Origin: a bacterium
Lineage (GTDB): Bacteria > Patescibacteriota > Minisyncoccia > UBA10092
Reading direction: 5' to 3'
DNA: 34,295 bases
Assembly: GCA_021790275.1 (NCBI GenBank)
Contig: JAJYIB010000003.1
Span: 1-34,295, forward strand
How positions within the stretch are numbered: position 1 is the stretch's first letter; every line of letters begins with the position of its first letter. Below, one piece after another: positions 1 through 8,155 of this stretch. Below the pieces are notes generated by a model. The model made no database searches, was not told the origin of the DNA, and saw only the letters and a program-made list of their open reading frames with translations. The translations under genes were made by a program, and so were the position numbers.

Positions 1-61
1 AAAATTGCGAAGAAAACTTTTTTGCGGAACAGCGAGCGAAGCGAGCGGCGGCGGGGCGGAG

Positions 62-103
62 CGTCAGTTTCGTTCAAAGAAGGTTCGCGCATTTTCAAAC
101 AAA
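62..103 (+). repeat. Dispersed intergenic repeat core, copy 1 (element probably spans ~1-110)
   Basis: CGTCAgtttCGTTCAAAgAAGGTTCGcgcatttTCAAACAAA matches the reverse complement of 32872-32913 at 32/42 positions without gaps. Confidence 0.7.
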
Positions 104-128
104 GGGCACTAAAAAACTCCGAGGCGGA

Positions 129-1250
129 TTATCGAATCGATTCATAGCCGCCGGGCAATCCTTTTTTGGAAAGGACTATTTGCCATAATTGCAAGTCTCT
201 CGCCCTAAAGGCGCCCGCGCAAGACAAAAGATAGTATTTCCACATTCTGAAAAATCTTTCGCCGTATTTGTCTTTTAATTTCCCCCAATTAGAATAAAAA
301 TTTTCAAACCACGCCATAAGCGTTTTGTCGTAGTCCGATCCGAAATTGTGCCAGTCTTCCATTATAAACAATCCTTCGATCGCGCGGCCGATTTGTTTTG
401 CGGAGGGAATCATCCCGTTCGGGAAAATATATTTTCCCATCCACGGATCGACGGAAGCTGTGGAGATATTGCCGCCGATGGTGTGCAAAAGAAGCAAGCC
501 GCCGTCTTCAAGGCATTCGTTCGCGATTTTGAAATAATCTCCGAAATTCTTGCGGCCGACGTGCTCGAACATTCCCAAAGAAACTATGCGGTCGAATTGC
601 CCGTTTAAATCGCGGTAATCCTGCAATCGTATTTCGACCGGAAGCCCGCCGCATAATTTCCGGCCCAGTTCCGCCTGTTCTTTCGACACGGTGATGCCGA
701 CAACGGAAACGCCGTAATTTTCGGCCGCAAATTTCGCGAAACTTCCCCAGCCGCAGCCGATGTCCAGAATTTTCATACCCGGCCGCAACTTTAATTTTTT
801 ACAAACCAGATCCAGTTTCGCATCTTGCGCTTCGTCGAGATTTTTCGCATTTTTCCAATAGCCGCAGGTATATACCAACCGCCTGCCGAGCATATTTTGG
901 TAAATGTCATTGCCCAAATCATAGTGCTCTTTGCCGACCCGAAACGCTCTTTTACGCGACTGCAGATTGAAAATTCCGGCCGCCGCGATACGAAAAACCG
1001 TTTTTAAATTTTTCCCGATTTTATTTTCCAACCCGGCGGAAATAACTTTATAAAAAAATTCATCTAATTTTTCCGCATCCCACCAGCCGTCCATATACGC
1101 TTCGCCCAAACCCAGGGAGCCGCGCGCCAAAACGCGATCGAAAACGTTATCGTTTTTCACCATAAAATCCCAAGGCTTGTTCCCGTTTATTGCGACGCCG
1201 GCTTCCGCCAGCAATTTTGCGGCCAAATGTTTTGCGATGTTTCGCGCCAT
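129..1250 (-). CDS. cfa: Cyclopropane-fatty-acyl-phospholipid synthase
   Basis: Motifs GLGEAYMDGWW, HYDLGND, YTCGYW, ILDIGCGWG, SLGMFEHVG, KYIFPNG, RMWKYYL. Start moved to ATG 1250 (MARNIAK, 373 aa) because the longer ORF overlaps the divergent gene. Confidence 0.93.
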   Translation of the reverse strand: MARNIAKHLAAKLLAEAGVAINGNKPWDFMVKNDNVFDRVLARGSLGLGEAYMDGWWDAEKLDEFFYKVISAGLENKIGKNLKTVFRIAAAGIFNLQSRKRAFRVGKEHYDLGNDIYQNMLGRRLVYTCGYWKNAKNLDEAQDAKLDLVCKKLKLRPGMKILDIGCGWGSFAKFAAENYGVSVVGITVSKEQAELGRKLCGGLPVEIRLQDYRDLNGQFDRIVSLGMFEHVGRKNFGDYFKIANECLEDGGLLLLHTIGGNISTASVDPWMGKYIFPNGMIPSAKQIGRAIEGLFIMEDWHNFGSDYDKTLMAWFENFYSNWGKLKDKYGERFFRMWKYYLLSCAGAFRARDLQLWQIVLSKKGLPGGYESIR

Positions 1251-1299
1251 AAAATTATGAAAATCAAGACCGGACGCATTAAACCATAAATTATCCGAT

Positions 1300-1356
1300 T
1301 TGACAAGTTTTTGTTTTCGGAGTAAAATTGGGGAAAATAGTTCTTTTAGAGGGAGG
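1300..1356 (+). promoter_or_regulatory. Sigma-70 promoter, boxA-like motif and SD
   Basis: TTGACA(1300-1305)-17-TAAAAT(1323-1328); AGTTCTTTTAGA 1339-1350; GGAGG 1352-1356. Confidence 0.7.
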
Positions 1357-1358
1357 AT

Positions 1359-1724
1359 ATGGTGAGAAAAAAAATTTTGTTGGCGGAGGATTACGAAGCC
1401 CTGCGCCTGTATTTTGAACATTATTTGACAGAGGCAGGGTTCGAGGTGATTGCCGTAAAAAACGGCCGAGACGCATTACCGCATCTCGGTGGAGTCGATC
1501 TAGTTTTGACCGACTTTAGGATGCCGTTTTTAAACGGCATAGAGTTGGCGGCGAAGGCAAAGCGGCAAAAGCCGCACTTACCGGTGATAGTGATCACCTC
1601 GTCACCGTGGGATGTGCCGAGCGATCATCCGGCCGATCAAGTCGTCGAGAAGACAGTCGGAAAAATGGAGAATCTTCTCGAAGAAATAGTTTATGTTCTC
1701 AAAAGAAAGGAGAAAAAAAAGTGA
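1359..1724 (+). CDS. Single-domain response regulator (CheY-like receiver)
   Basis: ILLAED acidic pocket, DLVLTDFRMP phospho-Asp, NGIEL, VIVITS and conserved K. SD upstream; start is ATG 1359 or GTG 1362. Confidence 0.9.
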   Translation: MVRKKILLAEDYEALRLYFEHYLTEAGFEVIAVKNGRDALPHLGGVDLVLTDFRMPFLNGIELAAKAKRQKPHLPVIVITSSPWDVPSDHPADQVVEKTVGKMENLLEEIVYVLKRKEKKK

Positions 1725-1930
1725 AAAAAATATTTTTTTCTTTGCTGACGGCAGCGTTTTTGGCTGCCGTGATATTTTTCGTGTATCGGGCAACTCGGGA
1801 ATACGCCGAGTTGCCTACGGTGAAATTTTCCGTCAGCCGCAATATCATTGTGGCTGTGGAAAATTTCAAGGGAGAGCCGATGCCGCTCTCCCCTCTGCCG
1901 GAAAAATACGAGAAGGTTTACGTTCAATGA
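1721..1930 (+). CDS. Small membrane-anchored hypothetical protein (69 aa)
   Basis: GTG start overlaps the upstream TGA (GTGA); AAGGAG SD at 1707-1712; N-terminal hydrophobic helix KKIFFSLLTAAFLAAVIFFVY; terminator follows. Confidence 0.7.
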   Translation: MKKIFFSLLTAAFLAAVIFFVYRATREYAELPTVKFSVSRNIIVAVENFKGEPMPLSPLPEKYEKVYVQ

Positions 1931-1948
1931 ACCTTCTCATAAATATCG

Positions 1949-1985
1949 GGCGTCCCGCGTTGCGGGACGCCTATTTTATTTTTTC
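1949..1985 (+). terminator. Intrinsic terminator
   Basis: GGCGTCCCGC-GTT-GCGGGACGCC 10-bp stem followed by a T-rich tract. Confidence 0.8.
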
Positions 1986-2047
1986 ATTATTTTCTCAATA
2001 AAAAAGTTTGTAAAAAGCGGCAAAAAAGTATTAAGATTTAAAAAAAT

Positions 2048-2137
2048 GGAAGCGTGCCAGAGAGGCCGAATGGGCCGCACTCGAAATGCGGTATGCCGGA
2101 AACGGCATCGGAGGTTCGAATCCTCCCGCTTCCGCCA
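2048..2137 (+). tRNA. tRNA-Ser(CGA)
   Basis: Cloverleaf with anticodon stem CCGCA/TGCGG, loop CTCGAAA, long variable arm, GGTTCGAATCC T-arm and encoded CCA. Confidence 0.95.
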
Positions 2138-2200
2138 GTGATTTTAATCAATATTAGCAATAGTTTTTCAGGTCGAGGATAACGGGATTCGAACCAAAGT

Positions 2201-2599
2201 ATGAAAGTAGTAATAGCCGGAAGCGCAAAGCTTCAAAATGAAATAAAAAAGTGGATAGAATATTGGAATAGTAAAAGTGGCTATGCAATCTTAGATTACC
2301 CTAAAGTTATACCCCAAGATAATTTTGAGAAGCTTTATCCGGATGTCCACAGAAACTTTTTCAAAAACATAACCGAAGCAGATATTCTTTTTATCGCCAA
2401 TGATAAAAAGAAAGGCATTGATGGGTACATAGGAGCTGAAACATTTGCCGAATTGGGATTTGGCTTAGCTCAAAAATTAGTCTATGGAAAAAACATAAAA
2501 CTAATACTTGCCAATATGCCACACAAAGAGGTTGCCTGTTATGATGAGATAGTTTTATGGGAGAAACTTGGTTGGATTGATCAGATCTTAAGCCAATAA
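2201..2599 (+). CDS. Hypothetical protein, nucleoside 2-deoxyribosyltransferase-like fold
   Basis: N-terminal KVVIAGS strand, I..ADILFIAN and GYIGAETFAELGFG..GKNI resemble the NDT catalytic-Glu motif. AT-rich relative to flanking genes. Confidence 0.6.
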   Translation: MKVVIAGSAKLQNEIKKWIEYWNSKSGYAILDYPKVIPQDNFEKLYPDVHRNFFKNITEADILFIANDKKKGIDGYIGAETFAELGFGLAQKLVYGKNIKLILANMPHKEVACYDEIVLWEKLGWIDQILSQ

Positions 2600-2799
2600 A
2601 ATGCTATATTGCATATAACCGATTACAACGAATTATAACGGTAAATTTAGAAAACTTTTTTAGCAAATTCGGGGATCTCAAAATACGCAGGATTTTCTTT
2701 GTAGATTTGTCGCAAAATTCTTATAATTTTATCAACGCGATGAAACAAAAACACCCGTACCAGTTCAAACTTCGGGACATCGCCACCGCCATTGATTTT

Positions 2800-4080
2800 T
2801 CACCGGACAATTACCACTTTTGAAATGCTGAAAACGCTGTTCAGCGAATAGCGGGAAGAAAAATTTATGTCATTGCCGTTCGCGATATACGGATCGCGCA
2901 TCAGATAGCGGCTGTTCGCGCCGCTTGTCAGAACGACGAAATGCTTGCCGCCGTAAACATTCATTCCGATAACGACCGGATTGCCGGCCGCGAGGTTGGC
3001 GTCGATAACGGACGCTTTGCGGGCGGCGGTTACGCCGCCCGCGCTGATAGTATACAAAAGATAGGCCGGATAATACGCGGCGAAATTGTCGGGATTGGAG
3101 TTGATGGTCGCCGGCGTTATATCGCGATAGCCGTAATGCGTCATCATCATCGCCATCGAGGCCACAAGACAGCCGTCGCTCGCCAGATTGTAGCGGGTGC
3201 CGTTCAAAGCGTCACTCCCCCATTTCGAATCGCGCTGGTTGTAATAACAGCCCCACGAGTCGCAAACCGTCTGGTTGGAAAGCAAATTCGATCCGCCGGC
3301 ATTTTTGGTAAACTCGGAAAAACTTTTAAGCTGTGCTTCGGCTTCGGCAAGTAATTTTTGATAAACCGATTCTCTGGCGCCGGTTTCGGTAAGCAGGCGG
3401 TTTTTCGATTTAATCGCCGCCGCAAGCGATGTTTGCTGTGCGGCAAGCGATGCCCGCTGCTGAGCAAGTGCCGCCTGTTTTTGGCGCGAAGCGTCCCGCG
3501 AATCGGACAGATCGCTTTTTTGTTTTTGAAGCAATTTCACGCCGTCGCCGATCGCCGCTTCCATTTTGACGTTGGCGCGGTAATCGTTCCATATTCCGCC
3601 GAGGCCGCTCGACGAAAGAATCTGCGCCAACAGCGGCGTGTCGTCGGCTTTTTGCAAATCGCGCAGGTAAGCCCCGAGCGTTTTTTGATTTTCGGAAATT
3701 TTTTGCTCTTTGTTTGAAATTTCGCCGCCCAATTCGCGGATTTGCGCTTGAACAATGCCGATCCGGCGATTCGTAACGCCGATTTGCGCCTTAATGGCGT
3801 CGCGGCGGAGATCGAGCGCGACAAGAGCCGTTTTTAGCGTCCGCTTGTCATTGCCGATTTTTTTAAGCTCCGTTTCGTAAACCGCGATTTTTTTGTTCAG
3901 CGCGTCGATTTGCGGATCCGACGCGTCGATTTGATTTTGATTTGAATCCGAAGCCGATGAAAGATCCGGCGCGGCGGCGGCAACCGCCGCCGCGCCGCAT
4001 CGCGAGACCGCCAAAAAACCGGCGGCAAAAACCGCGGCGGCAAAAAAAATAAAAATTTTATTTTTTAGACGATCGGTCAT
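2800..4080 (-). CDS. Secreted coiled-coil protein with C-terminal peptidase C39-like domain
   Basis: Signal/TM segment, ~200 aa PcsB-like heptad coiled coil, then YYNQRD..W..GCLVASMAM (Cys), KHFVVL (His), MRDP (Asp). Confidence 0.8.
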   Translation of the reverse strand: MTDRLKNKIFIFFAAAVFAAGFLAVSRCGAAAVAAAAPDLSSASDSNQNQIDASDPQIDALNKKIAVYETELKKIGNDKRTLKTALVALDLRRDAIKAQIGVTNRRIGIVQAQIRELGGEISNKEQKISENQKTLGAYLRDLQKADDTPLLAQILSSSGLGGIWNDYRANVKMEAAIGDGVKLLQKQKSDLSDSRDASRQKQAALAQQRASLAAQQTSLAAAIKSKNRLLTETGARESVYQKLLAEAEAQLKSFSEFTKNAGGSNLLSNQTVCDSWGCYYNQRDSKWGSDALNGTRYNLASDGCLVASMAMMMTHYGYRDITPATINSNPDNFAAYYPAYLLYTISAGGVTAARKASVIDANLAAGNPVVIGMNVYGGKHFVVLTSGANSRYLMRDPYIANGNDINFSSRYSLNSVFSISKVVIVR

Positions 4081-4102
4081 TTTTATAATTATAGTATAAA
4101 AT

Positions 4103-4131
4103 AAAAGGCCCCGCGAAGTGAAAAGCGGGGC
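4103..4131 (-). terminator. Intrinsic terminator of the small lipoprotein gene
   Basis: GCCCCGC...GCGGGGC stem (4108-4131) with an A-run on + (U-tract on -). Confidence 0.6.
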
Positions 4132-4146
4132 GAAATCGTTAAAACT

Positions 4147-4386
4147 TTACCGCCGATGATGGCGGTAATAGTACGGCACGTAAGAATATGGATAATAATT
4201 ATAATACGCGCCGTAAGTGGGATAGTATACAACGACGGGCGGAGGCGGTGAAGGTATATAAACCACCGCCGGCTGGCTTACGACTACGACGGGATGAAAT
4301 TCCACCGCCGTCCCATTGGGGAACATCGTCGTACAGCCGGATGATATACAAAACAAAATTGCTATAAACACTAAAAATTTAACCAT
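4147..4386 (-). CDS. Small Pro/Tyr-rich putative lipoprotein (79 aa)
   Basis: Signal peptide ending in lipobox-like SSGC; strong SD AAGGAGGT; own promoter and terminator. Confidence 0.75.
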   Translation of the reverse strand: MVKFLVFIAILFCISSGCTTMFPNGTAVEFHPVVVVSQPAVVYIPSPPPPVVVYYPTYGAYYNYYPYSYVPYYYRHHRR

Positions 4387-4390
4387 TTTA

Positions 4391-4461
4391 ACCTCCTTGT
4401 TATTAAATTTTCAAACAACAAACTTTAAACATATTATACTCCGAAACCGCCAAAAAATCAA
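4391..4461 (-). promoter_or_regulatory. Sigma-70 promoter, boxA-like motif and SD
   Basis: On - strand: TTGATT(4461-4456)-17-TATAAT(4438-4433); TGTTGTTTGAAAA (4420-4408); GGAGGT (4396-4391). Confidence 0.7.
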
Positions 4462-4482
4462 GCCCGAAAATCGCAAAAGATT

Positions 4483-5982
4483 TTATTCGACAAAAACTTT
4501 TTCGCCCGCTTTTTCTTTTACGCGGATCCAAAAAGCCGCGGCGGCGCCCGCCAGAACCAGAATGGAAGCAGTTTTAAAAACGGTGCCGTAAGCGGAAACT
4601 TGCGCTTTGAGAATTATCAGCCCGACAAACTGCCTGTATGTTTCGGGATTTAACAAATTAACGCGGCTGTTTTGGGCGATGCTTAAAACATTGCCGCCTA
4701 TCGTGTTCGTTAAAATTGTTCCGAAAACCGCGATGCCGAAAGCGCCGGCGATGTTTCTCGCGAGAGCGAGAATGGCCGAAGCGCTGCCGATTTCTTCTTT
4801 CGGAATTACCGAAGCGATGATATTGGTCCTTTGCGCCATTCCGAAACCCATACCGAACGCCATTATCGCCAAAGGTATTATTATATTGAGCGGGCCGGAA
4901 CGCGGATCGAGATACGAAAAAACATAAATGCCCAAACCGGCGACGGCCGTACTCGCCGCAATCACATATCGCGGCTCCACTTGGCCGGTCAAGCTTCCGC
5001 CGAGAGGCGAAGCGATCATAAGCGCCGCGGCCATCGGAATGAATAAATAGCCGGTTTGAGTGGCGTTATAACCCAAAAACGTCTGGGCGAAAATCGGAAT
5101 TAAAAAAACGCTTCCCATCATTCCCATAAAGACGACGAAATTATTCCCCAAAACGTTGCTGAAAACTTTTATCTTGAAAAATTGAAGATCCACGATCGGT
5201 TCGGAAGTTTTCTTTTCGATGAGAATAAAAATTAAAGAGAAAAAAATCGTTATGAAATAACATAAAGCGCTCGTCGACGATGTCCAGCCCCAAACCGAGC
5301 CCTGGTCCAAAACCAAAACCAAAGTCGCCAGAGCGACGCCCAAAGTAATCGAACCCCACCAGTCGAAACGGCGGGTTTTTCTTTCGGAAACCGATTCTTT
5401 AACGAAAGTCAGCGCCATAAACAGGCCCAATATGCCGACGGGAATATTAACCAAAAAAATCGAACGCCAGCCGAACGTGTCTATCAAATTGCCGCCGATA
5501 AGGGGGCCGAAAACCGAAGCGGCCGCAAACGACGACGACCATAAACCGAGCGCCTGCGCGCGGTCTTTGCCTTCGTTAAAAGTAACGGCCAAGATCGCCA
5601 TCGCCGTCGGGTAATCGGCCGAGCTGGCGATGGCCTGGATGACTCTGAAAAAAATCATCGAGGTGAGATTCCAGGCGAAGCCGGCCAAAGCCGAACCGAA
5701 AAGAAATCCGACAAATCCGAGAATGTAAACTTTTTTCCGGCCAATGGTGTCGCCAAGCTTGCCCCAGACCGGCACGAAAACCGCATTGGCGAGAATATAG
5801 GCGGTGGCGATCCAGCCGGCGGCCGTTACGGTGATTTTGAAATCATCGATGATTTTCGGCAGGGCGAGATTGACGATCGTCTGATCGAGCCTCCCCAAAA
5901 AAGTCCCCAAAATCACCGTCACCAAAATCCACCAGCGCATCGGATCTTTGCCGCCGGTCGGAAAATTTTCTCTCGTTTCCAT
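4483..5982 (-). CDS. DHA2 family MFS drug:H+ antiporter (EmrB/QacA subfamily)
   Basis: Motif D1 LDQTIVNLALPKI, motif A GKLGDTIGRKK, GWRSIFLVNIPVG, DWWG; ~14 hydrophobic segments. Confidence 0.92.
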   Translation of the reverse strand: METRENFPTGGKDPMRWWILVTVILGTFLGRLDQTIVNLALPKIIDDFKITVTAAGWIATAYILANAVFVPVWGKLGDTIGRKKVYILGFVGFLFGSALAGFAWNLTSMIFFRVIQAIASSADYPTAMAILAVTFNEGKDRAQALGLWSSSFAAASVFGPLIGGNLIDTFGWRSIFLVNIPVGILGLFMALTFVKESVSERKTRRFDWWGSITLGVALATLVLVLDQGSVWGWTSSTSALCYFITIFFSLIFILIEKKTSEPIVDLQFFKIKVFSNVLGNNFVVFMGMMGSVFLIPIFAQTFLGYNATQTGYLFIPMAAALMIASPLGGSLTGQVEPRYVIAASTAVAGLGIYVFSYLDPRSGPLNIIIPLAIMAFGMGFGMAQRTNIIASVIPKEEIGSASAILALARNIAGAFGIAVFGTILTNTIGGNVLSIAQNSRVNLLNPETYRQFVGLIILKAQVSAYGTVFKTASILVLAGAAAAFWIRVKEKAGEKVFVE

Positions 5983-5984
5983 AA

Positions 5985-6698
5985 TTATTTATCAACCCAG
6001 ATTTTCGCCGACATTCCGTTTTTAAGTTCGGGATATCGAGTCGTATCGAATCTCACTTTAACGTCGAACTGATTCGTCTGGCGCTGATCGGAAATATTGA
6101 AAACGACATCGCCTTCCCTTGAAGAAGGACTCACTTCGTCGACGACGCCGAAATATTTTTTGGAGCCGAAAGCGTCGACCGTAAAAACGGCGGTCTGGCC
6201 CACGCGGACGTATTCCAAACCTTTATCTTCTTCGAGATGCCCCACGGCGCGGAGATCGCCGTCATCGATCATCGATACCACCGTTTCGCCGCGGTTGAAC
6301 AGTTTGCCGATGTTGTTATTGACGCCGATAACAGTGCCGCCGGTCTGCGCCTTGATCAGTTCGTTGCCGACGCGCGCGACAACGGTATCGGCGAGAATTT
6401 TGTCCCCTTCTTTGACGAAAACTTCCTGTAAAACGCCGGCGTTTTGCGGCGCCAAATTTATTTTCGGCGCCGAAATTTCCGATTTTTCTATATAAACCCT
6501 GCTCGAAACGTTATTCCAATAAACCAGGCCGGCGGCGGCGATCGCCGCCAAAATAACGAACGCGGCGGCGATGATCCAGACATTGCGAATCAGCCGCGAA
6601 ATTATTTTTTCTTCTTTTTTAACTTCGCGAAGAATCGATTTTTCTTCTTTAAGAATCTCTTTTTCTTCTTCGATTATTTTTTCGTTTTGTTCTTTCAT
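5985..6698 (-). CDS. HlyD-family membrane fusion protein, short form
   Basis: TM anchor, lipoyl-like halves (LQEVFVKEGDKI / IKAQTGGTV), beta-barrel with VRVGQTA and LKNGMSA. Confidence 0.85.
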   Translation of the reverse strand: MKEQNEKIIEEEKEILKEEKSILREVKKEEKIISRLIRNVWIIAAAFVILAAIAAAGLVYWNNVSSRVYIEKSEISAPKINLAPQNAGVLQEVFVKEGDKILADTVVARVGNELIKAQTGGTVIGVNNNIGKLFNRGETVVSMIDDGDLRAVGHLEEDKGLEYVRVGQTAVFTVDAFGSKKYFGVVDEVSPSSREGDVVFNISDQRQTNQFDVKVRFDTTRYPELKNGMSAKIWVDK

Positions 6699-6710
6699 AA
6701 TTTTAAAAAA

Positions 6711-8150
6711 TTACATTCCGCCGAAGCTTATGATTTTTTCTCCGGCCTCAAGCCCCGAAACGACTTCTGTCATCCCGTCGTCGCCCGAAATGCCGACGCC
6801 GATTTTTCTTTCTTCCGGATTACTCCCGCCCGTATCGACGAGAACGAATTTTTCGCCGTTTTTGTTTATTATCGCCCGCGCCGGAATCGCCGCGACATTT
6901 TCCCGCTTCGCCGTGACAATCGACACGTTGGCCGACATTCCGTCTTTAATCCGGCCGTCGGCTTTGTCGAAAATCGCCGTTACTTTGTATGCCGGAACGC
7001 CGTTCGTCATCAGCGCCGCCGGATCGATATTCGCGACTCTGGCGCCAAAAACCGCGCCGCCGTAAGCGTCGAGAGTTATGTCGGCTTCGTCGCCCGATTT
7101 TATCTTGGCGACATCGGCTTCGGAAACATAAGATTCGACTTCGTATTGCGACGAAGAAATCACCGAAACCAAAACGGCGTTCGGCCCGACAATCTGTCCG
7201 GCTTTGGCGTCTTGCCTCGAAACGACGCCGTTTATCGGCGATAAAATCACGTTTTTCTCGAGTTGAGCCTTGATATTCAAAACGGCGGATTTGTAAGCGT
7301 CGACGTTCGATTCCTGCGAAGCGACGGCCGCATTTTGGGAATCGATCGCCTGTTTTTTGTTGGTGATATTGTTGACGGCCGCGTTGATTTCGGCGCTCGC
7401 GGCCGAAACGTAAGTTTTGTCGGCGTTAACCGTCGTCTGCGAAGAATTGTATATTTTATTGACCGCGCTCGTCAGCGATATCAGAAAATTCTGAATTTCG
7501 AAAAGATAATTTTTGGCGTTTTTCAGACTTTGATATTGCCCGTCCGGCGAAAGATTGTTCAATGTATCAAGCTCGCGGCGCCAGTTATCAAGCTCGGTCT
7601 GCGACAAAAGCCGGCCGTTTTGGGAATCGGTCTGCGCCTGCGAATCAATAGTTAAAAAATTCAACAGCGGATGGTTCGATTCGCCGTTCGTGAAAAGATT
7701 GTCCGCCTGATTGTTCACCGCATCATTGGCTTTGGTATAGGCGTCGCTTAAAACATTGGGAATGTCGCCGTAAAGATTGCCGAGATCGATTTTCGATTTA
7801 TCCAGAATCGATTCCTGGGCGGAAAGATCGGCCTGCGATTTGGCAAGCTGGGCGTTCAAATCCGCGCTGTCCAAACCGACAAGCGGCCGGCCGGCCGAAA
7901 CGTAATCGCCGACTTGAACCGAAACGGCGCCGATTTTGCCGCCGTTCTGAAACGCCAAATCGACGCTTTGAACCGGCTTGACGGTTCCGTCGCTTTTTAC
8001 AATTTCCGTTATATCCGATTTTTTAACGACGATGTCGCCGGAAAGTAATTTCGGATCGCTTTTAAAATATATAATGGCGATTGCCGAGGCGGCCAGAACG
8101 GCCAGAGCCGCCGCAATCGAGTAAACATTTTTTTTGGGAAAATTTTTCAT
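6711..8150 (-). CDS. Efflux periplasmic adaptor subunit (MacA/RND-MFP-like) with long helical hairpin
   Basis: TM anchor, VQVGDYVSAG, long helical region, ILSPINGVV, VSEADVAKIKSG, IKDGMSA, VVSGLEAGEKI. Confidence 0.88.
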   Translation of the reverse strand: MKNFPKKNVYSIAAALAVLAASAIAIIYFKSDPKLLSGDIVVKKSDITEIVKSDGTVKPVQSVDLAFQNGGKIGAVSVQVGDYVSAGRPLVGLDSADLNAQLAKSQADLSAQESILDKSKIDLGNLYGDIPNVLSDAYTKANDAVNNQADNLFTNGESNHPLLNFLTIDSQAQTDSQNGRLLSQTELDNWRRELDTLNNLSPDGQYQSLKNAKNYLFEIQNFLISLTSAVNKIYNSSQTTVNADKTYVSAASAEINAAVNNITNKKQAIDSQNAAVASQESNVDAYKSAVLNIKAQLEKNVILSPINGVVSRQDAKAGQIVGPNAVLVSVISSSQYEVESYVSEADVAKIKSGDEADITLDAYGGAVFGARVANIDPAALMTNGVPAYKVTAIFDKADGRIKDGMSANVSIVTAKRENVAAIPARAIINKNGEKFVLVDTGGSNPEERKIGVGISGDDGMTEVVSGLEAGEKIISFGGM

Positions 8151-8155
8151 AAATT

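Noticed and set aside
1251-1421. N-terminal extensions given for cfa (likewise GT2, sortase, nusA, rplS)
   Set aside because: They run through promoters or neighbouring genes and precede the conserved N-termini.
2649-2661. AGAAAACTTTTTT shared with positions 11-23 as a third repeat copy
   Set aside because: It is a low-complexity 13-mer, and the conserved 42-nt core does not follow it.
2138-2700. Prophage or integrative element at tRNA-Ser
   Set aside because: No integrase, no phage genes and no direct repeat of the tRNA 3' end were found; it is only a one-gene islet.
6444-7244. Long antisense ORFs (also 9420-10220, 16250-16936, 22278-22937, 26494-27225, 31881-32552, 32877-33494)
   Set aside because: They are shadows of well-supported genes on the other strand, favoured by the codon bias, and show no motifs.
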